The notes beneath the pieces are model-generated. The model was not told the DNA's origin and ran no database searches. It saw only the letters and a program-made list of their open reading frames with translations. DNA of 64,000 nucleotides from the human T2T-CHM13v2.0 reference genome, Homo sapiens. Location of the stretch: NCBI RefSeq assembly GCF_009914755.1, contig NC_060929.1; one strand, 5' to 3'. Positions 1 through 21,891 of this stretch are shown here, piece after piece; the first letter of the stretch is position 1; the number at the start of each line of letters is the position of its first letter. The translations under genes were made by a program, and so were the position numbers.

Positions 1-560
1 ACGTAAAGGTGTTCATAGTAGCCTTCAATGATCTTTTGTATTTCCGTGGTATCAGTTGTAATATCTCCCATTTCAATTATAATTGAGCTTATTTGGATCT
101 TCTTTCTTATTTTCTGGGTTAATGCTGCTAATGATCTATCAATTTTATCTATCTTTTCAAAGAACCAGCTTTTTGCTTCATTTATCTTTGTTGTTGTTGG
201 TTTTGGTGTTATTTGTTTCAGTTTCATTTAGTTTGGCTCTGATCTTTGTTGTTTCTTTTCTTGTGATAGGTTTGGGTTTGGTTTCTTCTTGTTTCTTTAG
301 GTGTGACCTTAGATTGTCTATTTGTACTCTTTCAGACTTTTTGATGTAGACATTTAAGGAACTTTCCTCTTAGCACTACCTTTGCTGTATCCCAAAGGTT
401 TTGATACATTGTGTCATTGTTATTGTTCGTTCAAAGAATTTTTTAATTTCCATCTTGATTTCATTTGCAACGGTCATTCACGAGCAGCTTATTTAATTTC
501 TACTTATTTGCATGGTTTTGAGGTTCCTTTTGGAGTTGATTTCCAATTTTATTTTACTGT
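1..560 (-). mobile_element. Older L1 (L1PB/L1MA-like) ORF2 fragment
   Basis: T-rich antisense L1 ORF2 sequence (tcaaagaaccagctttt, agcttatttaatttc). Confidence 0.75.
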
Positions 561-3296
561 TGACCTTTTAATCTTATTACCAGGAGTCAGTCCTACTGAA
601 ATAATCTTCAAATGTGTAAAATCTGGATGCTGAGTGTTACTCGTCTTGTTTTTATTATAATAGAAAAAAATCAGAACTAGTCATTATGAGAAAACGATTA
701 TGGGAGTGCATGAAGATGGATAATGCTGATCTGTTGGTCTTTCAGGATTTCTTAAAAAGACCAACAACCTTTGCCAAACTGCATTCTGCAATATTCTTCA
801 GTTGCTTTACATTACAAATAATCAAATGAAAATAATTAAGAAATAAATATTAAGAAATATTAAGAATCATTAAGAAATACTAAGTTCCAAAAAATATTTT
901 ATTATGAATCCAATGAAATATTGGCCTGTTTATGAGCTTCCTGGATACTTTAAAAAATCCTAGGTCATTTAGCATATTCCTTTCTTTCTGAGTGTGAAAT
1001 ATTATCCATCTTTCCATTTTTGTTTTAACAGATGAACTTAACTAATATTACATATGTGTATTTTTTCTTTATTTGATTACATTAGGATTTTCTAAACATT
1101 TTTGTATCTCTTATTTATAACTATTTCTCTCCCATTGCATCTTGATGATTAGTATTAGCTTTGAAAAATGCCCAAGAAAGCAATTAAAATAGTCATTATT
1201 TTAGTAGTATTTCCTTTATAAAAATCGTATGTGGTGTAAGCATGAGAATACATTAATACAAAATAGTATAATATGATATAGCTAGACATTTAATGCATTT
1301 ATTTTAATTTGAAGAAGATAGTTTGTACTATATTCACCAATGTTTGTTTTAGTTATTGTAAGCAGTCACATTTTTCCCTCTAGTCAGTCTCAGGTCAAGG
1401 AGTATGTCATAATACTTTTTGTGTCCCCCTAGTGCCTTGTACTTACTAGATACTCAGTAAATTTCTAAAGAATTGATTAGGTGATTTGGGACATGTGACA
1501 CATACAATCTATTTAATTTTTTCTGTCACAGTCATATAAAAGTAAGCAGCTTCTTAACATTAGTGTATATTAATACAAGCAAAAACAAATTTTAAATTAG
1601 CTTAGTCATTGAATTAAAATGCTGATGAAACTGAAAGGAAGCTAGTATTTACATAGTATTAGAAGGAAACATGATTTTGCTAGCTTGTTTTAACTTGGTG
1701 GTTTTCATTTGAATTCTCCTGTAGATAGATATTTAATCAAACTTTAAAAAATATGGTTGATAATAAGTTTCAATATACTAGACTTAGAGTTTTCTAAAAA
1801 TATTGTATATTACATATTGATTTATGTATATCAATATTTCAGCTTAGAAAATTAGATACAACTTGTATCTCTATTGGTGTATGCATGTGTATGTATGTAG
1901 ATACATTTCATCCTAACTGCCCACTTAATACATTTCAAAGAAATATAAATGTAAAGGTAAGTATACTTGCAAAAAAATTACAGGTGAAGAGAAAATGAAG
2001 GAAATTGATGAGAGGATAACAGAAAGTATTATAATAATGTATAAATATTTGGGAAGTATTAATAGGAATGCTATATTTGGGAGTTGAAAGAGATTAAATG
2101 GTCTTAAGAGAGAGAGACACAGAAAATACATCTTTATAAAGCCAGAAATGAGTGAGAAAATGAAGAGTAATTATTCAGTGAAATAGATGAGTCATCTTTA
2201 TTAACATCTTTAAAATGAAGGAAGCTTAAATAAAATCAAGCAATACAGAGATTCTCTACCCAAATATAGTACAGAAATGAAATATGTTTCTAGATTTACA
2301 TCCATGATTTTTCACACTGATACTGCTAAAATACCTAGTACTCTACTTTTAATATTAAAATATGTACATAACTTATGAAGCAAGAAATAAGGCTTTGTTG
2401 AGAATTAGAATGAATATGTATTTGCATATTGTGCTTCTGAGTTTGACATAAATATTTAATATTTAGATATATAGTATATGTATATATACACACATATATA
2501 CAAATATATATCTTAAACAGGGGTACTTTTATTTGTAATAAGACAGAAAATAAGAAAATTATTAAGTATAAAGGAGAAAGTTTCAATATTGAAATTAAAT
2601 ACCAATATTAGCATAGCATGTCTGTCTCATTTTGTATATGTGTATATACGCACATGTATATATGGGTGTGTGTGTATTTCAGCTGGCTTCTGGATTCTGG
2701 ATAATGCAATTAATTGAATTATAACATAGTTTAATTACTCTAATTATTGTTAAGGCAAAGGAAAAAAGTATAGGCATATTTTATAATCTTAAGTGATTAT
2801 AGACAATGAAGTGTCACGGCCCCCCCAAAAACAGACAAATTTTTAACACTCAAATTACTGAAAATTATTAATTTGTTTATCCATATGTAAGGTTTTATAA
2901 TTTAATGAAAAGATGTATCATTAAAAGAAATTAGCAGCTTTTCAGATCGTATACTTTGATATTTTATTTTTTTAAGAGTTCAACATTTATTCCAGGATTG
3001 TCATTTATATCACATTTGTGCAGAATTTATAATCACAAGCAGATAAACTTTTTTTTCTGTATTTCAATATCTCCTTCCTTATTCATTTGTTATTCATTCA
3101 TTTGTTTATTCAGTAAGGTTTTAAGTTTATTCAGTAAGGTTTTTTTTAGCACTTGCTATTTTACTCAGGAAAAATTTTCTGTTATAACCACTTTAAAGCT
3201 CTCAAGATATAACTTAGCCACAGAAATATATTAAATTATTTCAAAGCTTTCTCTTCCTTTGGCTGAGTAATTCTATTTCCTTTTCTTTGTATTTTC

Positions 3297-5115
3297 TTTT
3301 TTTTTTTTAAATTAATTAATTTATTTTTATTGATCATTCTTGGGTGTTTCTCGCAGAGGGGGATTTGGCAGGGTCATAGGACAATAGTGGAGGGAAGGTC
3401 AACAGATAAACAAGTGAACAAAGGTCTCTGGTTTTCCTAGGCAGAGGACCCTGCGGCCTTCCGCAGTGTTTGTGTCCCTGGGTACTTGAGGTTAGGGAGT
3501 GGTGATGACTCTTAACGAGCATGCTGCCTTCAAGCATCTGTTTAACAAAGCACATCTTGCACCGCCCTTAATCCATTTAACCCTGAGTGGACACAGCACA
3601 TGTTTCAGAGAGCACAGGGTTGGGGGTAAGGTCACAGATCTACAGGATCCCAAGGCAGAAGAATTTTTCTAGTACAGAACAAAATGAAAAGTCTCCCATG
3701 TCTACTTCTTCCTACACAGACACGGCAATCATCCGATTTCTCAATCTTTTCCCCACCTTTACCCCCTTTCTATTCTACAAAACCGCCATTGTCATCATGG
3801 CCCGTTCTCAATGAGCTGTTGGGTACACCTCCCAGACGGGGTGGTGGCCAGGCAGAGGGGCTCCTCACTTCCCAGTAGGGGCGGCAGGGCAGAGGCGCCC
3901 CTCACCTCCCGGACGGGGTGGCTGGCCGGGCGGGGGGCTGACCCCCCACCTCCCTCCCGGACGGGGCAGCTGGCCGGGCAGAGGGGCTCCTCACTTCCCA
4001 GTAGGGGTGGCTGGGCAGAGGCGCCCCTTACCTCCCAGATGGGGCGGCTGGCCGGGCGGGGGGCTGACCACCCCACCTCCCTCCCGGACGGGGCGGCTGG
4101 CCTGGCGGGGGCTGACCCCCACCTCCCTCCCGGATGGGGTGGCTGCTGGGCGGAGACGCTCCTCACTTCCCAGACGGGGTGGCTGCCGGGCGGAGGGGCT
4201 CCTCACTTCTCAGACGGGGCGGTTGCCAGGCAGAGGGTCTCCTCACTTCTCAGACAGGGCGGCCGGGCAGAGACACTCCTCACCTCCCAGACGGGGTCGC
4301 GGCCAGGCAGAGGCGCTCCTCACATCCCAGACGGGGCGGCGGGGCAGAGACGCTTCCCACATCTCCGACGATGGGCGGCCGGGCAGAGACGCTCCTCACT
4401 TCCTAGATGGGATGGCGGCCGGGAAGAGGCGCTCCTCACTTCCTAGATGGGATGGCGGCCGGGCAGAGACGCTCCTCACTTTCCAGACTGGGCAGCCAGG
4501 CAGAGGGGCTCCTCACCTCCCAGACGATGGGCGGCCAAGCAGAGAGGCTCCTCACTTCCCAGACGGGGTGGCGGCCGGGCAGAGGCTGCAATCTCAGCAC
4601 TTTGGGAGGCCAAGGCAGGCGGCTGGGAGGTGGAGGTTGTGGCGAGCTGAGATCACGCCACTGCACTCTAGCCTGGGCACCATTGAGCACTGAGTGAACG
4701 AGACTCTGTCTGCAATCCCGGCACCTCGGGAGGCCGAGGCTGGCGGATCACTCGCGGTTAGGAGCTAGAGACCAGCCCGGCCAACACAGCGAAACCCCGT
4801 CTCCACCAAAAAAATACGAAAACCAGTCAGGCGTGGCCGCGCGCGCCTGCAATCGCAGGCACTCGCCAGGCTGAGGCAGGAGAATCAGGCAGGGAGGATG
4901 CAGTGAGCCGAGATGGCAGCAGTACAGTCCAGCTTCGGCTCGGCATCAGAGGGAGACTGTGGAAAGAGAGGGAGAGGGAGACTGTGGGGAGAGGGAGACC
5001 GTGGGGAGAGGGAGAGGGAGAGGGAGAGGGCGAGGGCGAGGGAGAGGGCAAGGGCGAGGGCGAGGGTGAGGGCGAGGGCGAGGGCGAGGGCGAGGGTGAG
5101 GGAGAGGGAGAGGGC
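3297..5115 (-). mobile_element. Full-length SVA retrotransposon (SVA_D-like), antisense to FER
   Basis: Reading on +: poly(T), SINE-R (about 3330-3830), GC-rich VNTR (about 3830-4580), Alu-like region, then a hexamer array (about 4965-5114). TSD TGTATTTTC at 3288-3296 and 5116-5124. Confidence 0.96.
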
Positions 5116-5170
5116 TGTATTTTCAAATACAAGTTGAGGATGGTTCTTCTGATGTTAATCACTTGGGTGA

Positions 5171-10030
<4,860 letters not shown>

Positions 10031-10032
10031 CA

Positions 10033-10324
10033 TTAATGGCTCTTATTAATTTGAGGTATGTTCCATCAATACCTAGTTTATTGAGAGTTTTTAACATGAA
10101 GGGATGTTGCATTTTATCGAAGGCCTTTTCTGGGTCTGTTGAGATAAACATGTGGTTTTTGTCTTTAGTTCTGTTTATGTGATGAATTACATTTATTGAT
10201 TTGTGTATGTTGAACCAGCCTTGCATCACAGGGTGAACCTGACTTGATTGTGGTGGATAAGCTTTCTGGTGTGCTGCTGGATTCCGTTTGCCAATATTTT
10301 ACTGAGGATTTTTGCCTCGATGTT
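10033..10324 (-). mobile_element. Outer L1 ORF2, 5' piece
   Basis: Continues the L1 sequence interrupted at 6694 (translates [26 protein letters not shown]). Confidence 0.88.
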
Positions 10325-11865
10325 AAAGTGATTTATATATGTTGTATTTTAGAAAAGGTTCTAGAGAACTCTTTGTAGGTTGTTTTTATTACTTTGATAC
10401 ATAATATGAATTGTTTCAAACATGAAAAAATACAGAGACTAAACTAGTAAATACCCATATATGAACTAACTTTTAATTTTTTTCTAACATTTGACTGTTC
10501 TTGCTTTAGTTTTTTTAAAAGTAAGAATTGAAACATTATGCATAAACTTGTAGCCTTCCTTGATTCTATGTTTTTTCCAGTTAGTGTTATCTATAATACT
10601 TCTCTGATTTCTCCTTCCTTGAATTTTATACTGTTACTTCACTGTGCTATTTGTACTAGCCATACACAATATGTCTTTGCATGTTTATCATTTGTTACGT
10701 TTTAAATTTTTTATACAATTTTACTATTCTGTAACCCAGTTCTTAGTACTGAACATTTAAAAAATTATATTCACCTGTATGGATAGTGTGGCTCTGGTTC
10801 ATTTGTTTCAACTGTTTTTAATTTTTAAATAGATTTTTAAAATTTATGGATGTAACACAATTCATACATTTTTCTTTAAATGGATATTTTTATTTGTTTT
10901 GCTTTTAATTTTCACTGACACAAACAGAACATACAGAAGATTCTTCTAGAGATGTGACGTATGTGTGAGAGTTTCTTTTATTTTGTATACCTAGAAGTAG
11001 AGTACCAAGAAGAAAGGGTCTGCATGTCGTTAATTTTATTAGATGTTGCTAAGGTGCTTCCCAATATGTTTGTACCAATTTATACTCCTATCAGTATGGC
11101 AAAAGAGTTTTCATTTATGTACACCTTTACCATTCTTACTATTTTTTTTTTTTTGCCATCCTGGTAGGTATGGTTTCAATTATGTTACTAGATTAGATTA
11201 TATTTTTTGATTACTAGATGATTTAACATCTTTTCCTGTGTGTATTAGCTCTTCTGTTTTCCACTTCTATGTATTACTGTTTAAATTTGCTTCAATGTGG
11301 GATTATGGATTGATTTTTAGTCTCTTTTAATAAGTAGGAGGAAAGCCCTTTACTATAACTGTCTAATTTCACTACATAGCACACAGTAGTACAGCTGATT
11401 TGGGGCATTAACTCTGCATCTCTCTTCTCTGAAAGTATTTATTTTGTTTCTGAGTCCAGCAGTTTTTTTGATTCTTTCTCTTTATATTTTTCTGCATTGC
11501 TATGTGTTGGACGCTGGCATAGTCTTTTAATGTATATATTTACTGGTTAATGTTGACCTTTTTTTCATAAAGATGATATATAATATATATATAAGTTTAT
11601 TTGAGACTAAATTGACTTAGGAAAAAGACACAAATGGAAGAACCATAGTTTATATTAAAATGTAAAACGTGTTTATCAAAAAGCATCATAAACAGAATTT
11701 TAAAATTATTTGCCACATATTTAAGCAGACATTAATTTATTTAATATATAGAGTACATTTGTTCTAAGAAAAACAAACTCTCTAGTAAAAAAAAATGAGT
11801 AAAGAAAGAGAACAATTCATGAAGCAAAACAAATGGATAGAAAACATATTTTAAAAATATTTATC

Positions 11866-15077
<3,212 letters not shown>

Positions 15078-15132
15078 AAAAATATTTATCCCAAGCATTC
15101 AAAAATTTAAATTTAAAAAATTAAAAAATTAT

Positions 15133-15439
15133 AGCCAGGCATGGTTTCTCATACATGTAATCCCAGCACTTTGGGAGCTAGAGGTGGGAGAATTGCTTGG
15201 ACCTAGAATTTCAAGATCAGCCTAGGCATCATAGAGAGACCCCATCTCTACAAAAAAAATTAAAATTTGCTGGGCATGGTGGCGCACACCTGTAGTCCAA
15301 GCTACTTGGGATGCCAAGGTGGGAGGATCACTTAAGCCCAGGGGGTTGAGGCTGTAGTGAGCTGTGATCATGCCACTGCACTTCAGCCTGGGCGACGGTG
15401 TAAGACCGGGTCTCAAGAAACAAAACCAAACAACAAACC
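15133..15439 (+). mobile_element. AluJ
   Basis: Diverged dimeric Alu with J-type motifs (gaggctgtagtgagctgtgatc). Confidence 0.88.
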
Positions 15440-15594
15440 AATTGTACAATCTTTTTTTTTGTCAAATTGACAAATATTAGAAAACAATAAATGTCATTGC
15501 TAATAATGGTATGAGGAAGTGAGCACTCTCATACTCTGCTGATGCAAATGTAAATCCCTACAACTTTTCTGAATGACAGTTGGGCAGTAAGAAT

Positions 15595-15776
15595 CTAGAG
15601 CTATCCTATGCTCTAAATGACCACTAGATACATTGGCTACTTAAACATTTATGTCCTCAGTTTCAGTAACCACATTTTAAGCCCTCATCAGCCTCCACGT
15701 GGCCTGTGGCTACATATTGCATACATCAGAGATAACATTTCCCTAATCACAGAATAGTTTATTGGCTATCACTCAG
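15595..15776. mobile_element. MER3/MER33-like hAT DNA transposon relic
   Basis: Motifs gtaaccacattttaag...cacgtggcctgtggctac...aacatttcc...cacagaa. Confidence 0.55.
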
Positions 15777-16803
15777 TAGTTTCAAAATATTCATATCCTT
15801 TTTCAAATACTGCTATTTCTAGGAATGTATTATAAATAAATATTAGCCATTTAAGGATCCTAACCAAAACATTGAAAACAACAGCAAAAATGGGAAAAAA
15901 TCCAAATGTCCACAACAAGGAGCTGTAAATGACTATAAATTTATATGAAAGGATATTATGCAGCCTATTAAAAATAAGTGTTTGGATTAATGTCATGGTA
16001 ATATGCTTACAAAATATCCTTCTAATTGAACAGACAGGCCACAAAACAGCATGACCACAAATTTACCATATGATTACAAATTTATTTTAAAATATTTTAA
16101 AATTTACATTACAGAGCATTATAGTGTTGGTGGTTTTTTATAGTGTTTTCTATTATAATGTACTACTGTTATAGTAACAAAAAAGTCAAAAGTATGTTGG
16201 TTTGGAACCTGGTTTTGCACCTTATGAAACATTAGTGATTGTGTTCATTTTAGGTTGTTTGTTTCATTTGAAATTTTGTGGTGGTTGACAAATTTATATA
16301 TTTATTAATAAGTATCATATTACCAAATGGTTCAAATGAAGAGTTGTTTTTTTTATGTTTGTTTTGTTTTGTTTTTTAATAAAAAGAACTACTGATAAAA
16401 GCACTCCAGGATTAAGGAACAAACTGACTAGGGATGGCTGATTTCTCGGAAACTAGCCACAGTAGGAACTTATTACTATCCATCCCTAGGGATAAAGGGA
16501 CAAGAGGCAGAAATAGTTACCAGAATCCAGTGTGTGCCAGAACTTTGCAAATGGGGCTGCCCATGACGAGATGATGCAGCTGCCCTAAACACAGCAAGAG
16601 GAAAGGAGTGGGAAAGAAATCAGACCTCTTTTCTTCCACCTTTGGATCTCATGCTGGAATCTAACTGGAGGTCCATCAACAAGACAGTCCTCAAGTGAAG
16701 TCTGAGGAGTCAGCCTCCTGGGGCATGTAATAGATCCAAGCAGGAGAGAGGATAGAAGGTGTTAGAGGGTGAGGCAGGTTGGCAAATGGAAAAAAACTAT
16801 CCC

Positions 16804-16823
16804 GTGTGTGTGTGTGTGTGTGT
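16804..16823. repeat. (GT)n microsatellite
   Basis: About ten GT units, read directly. Confidence 0.9.
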
Positions 16824-17687
16824 ATTTCTCTGTATGTGTTTATTCAAACATACTTATGTAACACATACATATGCGGTTAATGGTTGGTATTATATTTACA
16901 TGAGTTGTGATGTATATATGTATAAGCATGTGTCATCTATTTGTGGAAGATTCCAACGTTTGTGCATACTCCCAGACACATACAAACATATGCACATATA
17001 CAAGATATTTAAATTCTAGTAAATATAGAAAACAATGGAACTAGTTGGAAAAGAATTCTGGTTTAGACAGAGGAGTTCCAAAAAATAGCTAGGGAACCTT
17101 TAGGTAACACTTGTTTTAGATACACATGCTCTTGCACACCAATGAAAGCATACTGAACACACAAGAGTTTAAATTTCCCTTCAGTTGAAGTTCCTTAGCA
17201 GCAAGGACCATGTGTTCTGCCTTCCTGTGCTTTGTAAACTCTTGTACAGTGCTTCACACCCAGGAAGTGTCTCACTGTTGTAAGAATGAATGAATTAATC
17301 ATTCCATTTAAATATTGTTTTCACTCAACCAGAGTATAACTTAAGACAAATTTGTATTCGCTTGGAGACCACTTTTAGAACAATTAATTGAATGAAAAGG
17401 AATTGTACATTTTTAAAATATTTATTGTTTTTAACCAGTATTGATTAACTCAGATATACTATAGGAACATATCATGATTTTGTTTATGGTACTGCACAAA
17501 GCTACTTATATGCTTTTTGTAACAACCTGATGATGTAGAGAGAAGCAGCATTAAGACTATTTTGTAAATGATGACTTTGAATCTTGGGGAGGTTAAACAA
17601 TTTTCCTTTTTCCTTTTACCCTTCTGTAATGAGATAGTGAAATGAAGAAAGCTGTGAGGAGTTTTCATTGAGCAGTTATATTGAGCT

Positions 17688-18010
17688 ACTTGAATTGTAG
17701 CTGCCATAATTCCCACCTGTTGTGGGAGGTATCTGGCGGAGGTAATGAATCATGGGGGCGAGTCTTTCCTGTGCTGTTCTTGTGAGAGTAAGTCTCACGA
17801 GAGCTGGTCGTTTTATAAACGGGAGTTCCTCTGCAAGTGTTCTCTTGCCTACCGCCATGTGAGACAAGCCTTTGCTTCTTCTTTGCCTTCCACCATGATT
17901 GTGAGGCCTCCCCAGCTATGTGGAACTGTGAGTGCATTAAGCCTCTTTCCTTTATAAATTACCCAGTCTTTGGTAAGTCTTTATTAGCAGTGTGAGAATA
18001 GAGTAATACA
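17688..18010 (+). mobile_element. THE1/MST-type MaLR solo LTR, 5' end missing
   Basis: Typical 3' part: ttccaccatgattgtgaggcctccccagc...cctttataaattacccagtc...taataca. Confidence 0.88.
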
Positions 18011-18739
18011 AGCAGTAAGCAAGGTTTTGCTTTTTGTGTTTAACATATACCTGTGATGAAATTAGCTCTCTTAGCTTTTTGGCTTTTTGTTTTTAAAACT
18101 ATAACAAAAATAGGAAGGGTGGGGGGAGAATTGTTATTTACATGTGATTTCTAAAGATGAGTAAAAAATTGTAATCTAAGTTTTTGAACAAACCTGTTTT
18201 CATTTTACCACAAATGTCCTCTAAAATTAGCCTAAAGTGAATGTGATGCTCATATGGTGGGGGGAAAAAAAATCTTACCTGCCTCACCTCCACTTAATTA
18301 AGATTATTAAAGCAATATATTGATACTAAGAGCACAATTCTGGAGGAAAACTTTGATAGAGGTTGTCTTCAGTTCTTTGCTTCAAAAGTTTACTTAACTT
18401 TGGTATTGAATAAGATTAACATGCTATGGGACCTGTGCTTTTTATATTCTGATGTTGTTCAGAGGTTTTTATTAGTTGGGTTATTCAGAAAATGGAGGCA
18501 TTATTTTTTAGATGGGTTATTCAGAAAATTGAGAAATTATTTATGATTTAAAAAGTTTTAATTACATTGTCTATTGATATTGGCCAAATGCAGTTTCGAA
18601 GTAATAGCTCATATTCTGAGATACATGAGGTATTAACATTATATCAGTATAGTGATCATGTTGTCTTTTAACCCAAAGTAGGAGACATCAGTCTTTACAG
18701 TGTCCTTTCATTTTGAAAAGGCACTTCACATTGTTTTAG

Positions 18740-19520
18740 TCAGACTTATTAAGGGATACATTTTACATAGAGAAGTGAAAATTAATTCTTTTTAGCATAT
18801 AGTTCTGATAAGTTTAGACAAATTCATATAGTTGTTTACCACCACAGTCAAATTATAGAACAATTGCATCAGCTCCCAAAATTATTCTATGCCCCTTTCT
18901 AGTCAACCCAGCTACTTACCCTTTGGAAAGTGAGAATGTCATATACAAGGAATCGTACAGTATGTGCTCTTTTCAATTTGACTTCTTTTATTTGGCAAAG
19001 TACAATTGGGATTCATCTGTATTGTTGCACAAATCAGTAATTTCCTCCTTTTATTGTGAATAACATTTCCTTGTGATGTACCACCATTTGTTTATTCATT
19101 CCTCAGTTGAAAGAGTTTTTGAGTTTTTAACAATTATGAATAAAACTATAAACATTCATTTAAAGCGTTTTATGTCAACATTAACTTTTCATTTATCGAG
19201 TATATACTTATGAATGAGATTGGTGGTTTGTCTAGTAAGTGTTCCTTTAAGTTTATAAGAAACTGCCAAATTATTTTCTAAAGTGGCTCTGCTATTTTGC
19301 ATTCCTACCAACTGCGTGAGAATTCCAGTGACTCCACATTTTTACTAGCTTTTAGTTTTTTCAGTTTAAAATAAATAAATTAGATAATTACTTTTAGCTA
19401 CTCTCATAGGTATATATAATGGTATCTCACTGTAGTTTTAATTTGTATTTCCCTAATGACTAAAGATGTTGAGCATCATTTCATGTGGTTATTTGTGATC
19501 TGTATGTCTTCTTTGTGGGC
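18740..19520 (-). mobile_element. Old L1M (L1MB/MC-like) 3' region
   Basis: Motifs aactgccaaa...aaagtggct...attttgcattcc and tttccctaatgactaaagatgttgagcatc. Confidence 0.7.
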
Positions 19521-20120
19521 ACTTTTGACAACCACAGAAAGACAAACTAGTGGATTAAAATTATAATCTTGTACTCACGGAGGAAATAAAGTGTATCTCT
19601 CTTTAACCTTATATTATTGAGTTTATTAGTACATAAAATTGACAAAAATCATTTTATTGTCTATTTAAATGACATAATGGTAATTATTCTTCCTGACTAC
19701 AACTATCATTAAAGATGTTTACCATGTTCCTAATAGTTCTCATGTCTAATTGATTCCTCTCCCCATTTCCCACAGCTATTTCCAACCTTTACCATTTTTT
19801 CTCAAGTTCTTAAACTGTCTGTAGTTTCTTCAGTATTAGTCAGGGACTTGCTTCCTTCTTTTACTAAGAACCTGAAGAAGAAACACTTGCACACTCCACC
19901 AGCAGTTATTTTCACCTGTCCTAATTTTCTCTGTGTTATCGCAGCTCCTCTCACCTCACCCAGGTCTTTGATTCTTCATTTTTCTCTAGTTAACTCATCT
20001 ATCTTGTCCCTTCTCTTCTCACCTTCCCTAGGCCTTTCATGTATCATTTTCTCTGCTTTAAAAAAATATTTTGCGTATTTCCTTACAGTCTTTTTCCTCA
20101 GCCACTCCATCCTTATCTTA

Positions 20121-20452
<332 letters not shown>

Positions 20453-20479
20453 TCACTAGTCTAGTCTTCCTCTTCAGTC

Positions 20480-20768
20480 TTTTTTTTTTTTTTTTTTTTT
20501 GAAACGGAGTCTCACTCTGTTGTCTAGGCTGGAATGCACTGGCGTGATCTCGGCTCCCTGCAACTGCCGCCTCCCGGGTTTAAGCTATTCTCCTGCCTTA
20601 GTCTCCCAAGTAGGTGCACACCACCATGCCTGGCTAATTTTTATATTTTTAGTAGAGACGGGGTTTCACCATGTTGGCCAGGCTGGTCTTGAACTCCTGA
20701 CCTCAAGTGAACTGCCCACCTCAGCCTCCCAAAGTGGTGGGATTACAGGTGAGCCACCGTGCCCGGCC
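20480..20768 (-). mobile_element. AluS (Sx-like)
   Basis: T21 tail followed by an antisense Alu body ending gcccggcc. Confidence 0.92.
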
Positions 20769-21081
20769 CTCTTCCATCTTTTTAATAGGTCATGACTCCT
20801 TTCTTATGAAGTAACTTATAAGCATAATATATCTTACTTTGTTGATGTTTCTCATCAGCGACCTATTAGAAACCCACCAAAAGCCTCTACCCCTGACCAC
20901 CTTACTTAAATTTAACTCTCAAATGTTGGAGACAACTCATTACTAGCATTAATCATCTCTTCTCAGCCCTCAGCCTGTTTGAAATGTCTGCTATTTTTGG
21001 AAGAGTCTCACTACTCTTATAGAATCTACCTTCTCCCTTTGCGTTTTGCTTCTTTCAAGACACAATTCCGTTTGTCCTTGT

Positions 21082-21555
21082 TGCAGTTACTTATTCCTGT
21101 ATAAGCCACCACCCAAAAATATAGTGTCTTAAAAAATAATGTTTTATGTTTCTCATGATTCTTTGGGTTGACTGGGTGGAGGTTCTGCTGACTTAGCCTG
21201 GATTTACTCATGTATTTGCATTCAGCTGACAGGTTGATTAAGGGATGGGTTCAGTTGAGACAGCTGAAATGGCTAGTCTTTTAAGCCCAGGTTTAACAGT
21301 GTCATGATCTGTTAAACACGGGTAGTGTTTTAAGACAGTGAAGATGGAAACATCAAGGCCTCTTCAGGTCTAAATTTTGTAATTTCCACAGTGTCACTTC
21401 TGCCACAATCTGTTGGTCAAAGTAAGTAACAAGACTAACTCAGAGTCAAAATGAGAAAGAGACACTACCTCTGGACAGGAGAAACAGCAAGATCACATTT
21501 CAAAGAGGTACCTGTACTTGGGTGGGAAAGGTGTGGATATTAAACAGTCTACTAT
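21082..21555 (-). mobile_element. Old MLT1-type MaLR LTR
   Basis: Motifs tttctcatgattct, tcacttctgccacaatctgttggtcaaag, gcaagatcacatt. Confidence 0.65.
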
Positions 21556-21610
21556 ATTTCTTATTTTGTGACTCTTAGTTATCTCTTCTTAGTTTTCTTT
21601 TTTATCCTTC

Positions 21611-21891
21611 TTTTTTTTGAGACAGCCTGTCGCCCAGGCTAGAGTGCAGTGGCACAATCTCGGCCCACTGCAAGCTCCGCCTCCTGGGTTAATGCCATTC
21701 TCCTGCCTCAGCCTCCCCAGTAGCTGAGACTACAGGCGCCCGCCACCACGCCTGGCTAATTTTTTGTATTTTTAGTAGAGACGGGGTTTGACCGTGTTAG
21801 CCAGGATGGTGTCGATCTCCTGACCTCGTGATCCGCCCGCCTCGGCCTCTCAAAGCATTGGAATTACAGCCGTGAGCCACCGTGCCCAGCC
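21611..21891 (-). mobile_element. AluY
   Basis: Diagnostics gcaagctccgcc, gccattctcc, gtgttagccaggatgg. TSD about TTTTTATCCTTCTTT. Confidence 0.93.

Noticed and set aside
834-884. Short ATTAAGAAAT tandem (similar micro-duplications at about 3103-3147 and 33660-33697)
   Set aside because: Ordinary slippage duplications with no sign of function.
3830-4580. CRISPR-like or CpG-island promoter interpretation of the GC-rich repeat
   Set aside because: Tandem units without unique spacers, embedded in SVA structure, in a eukaryotic genome.
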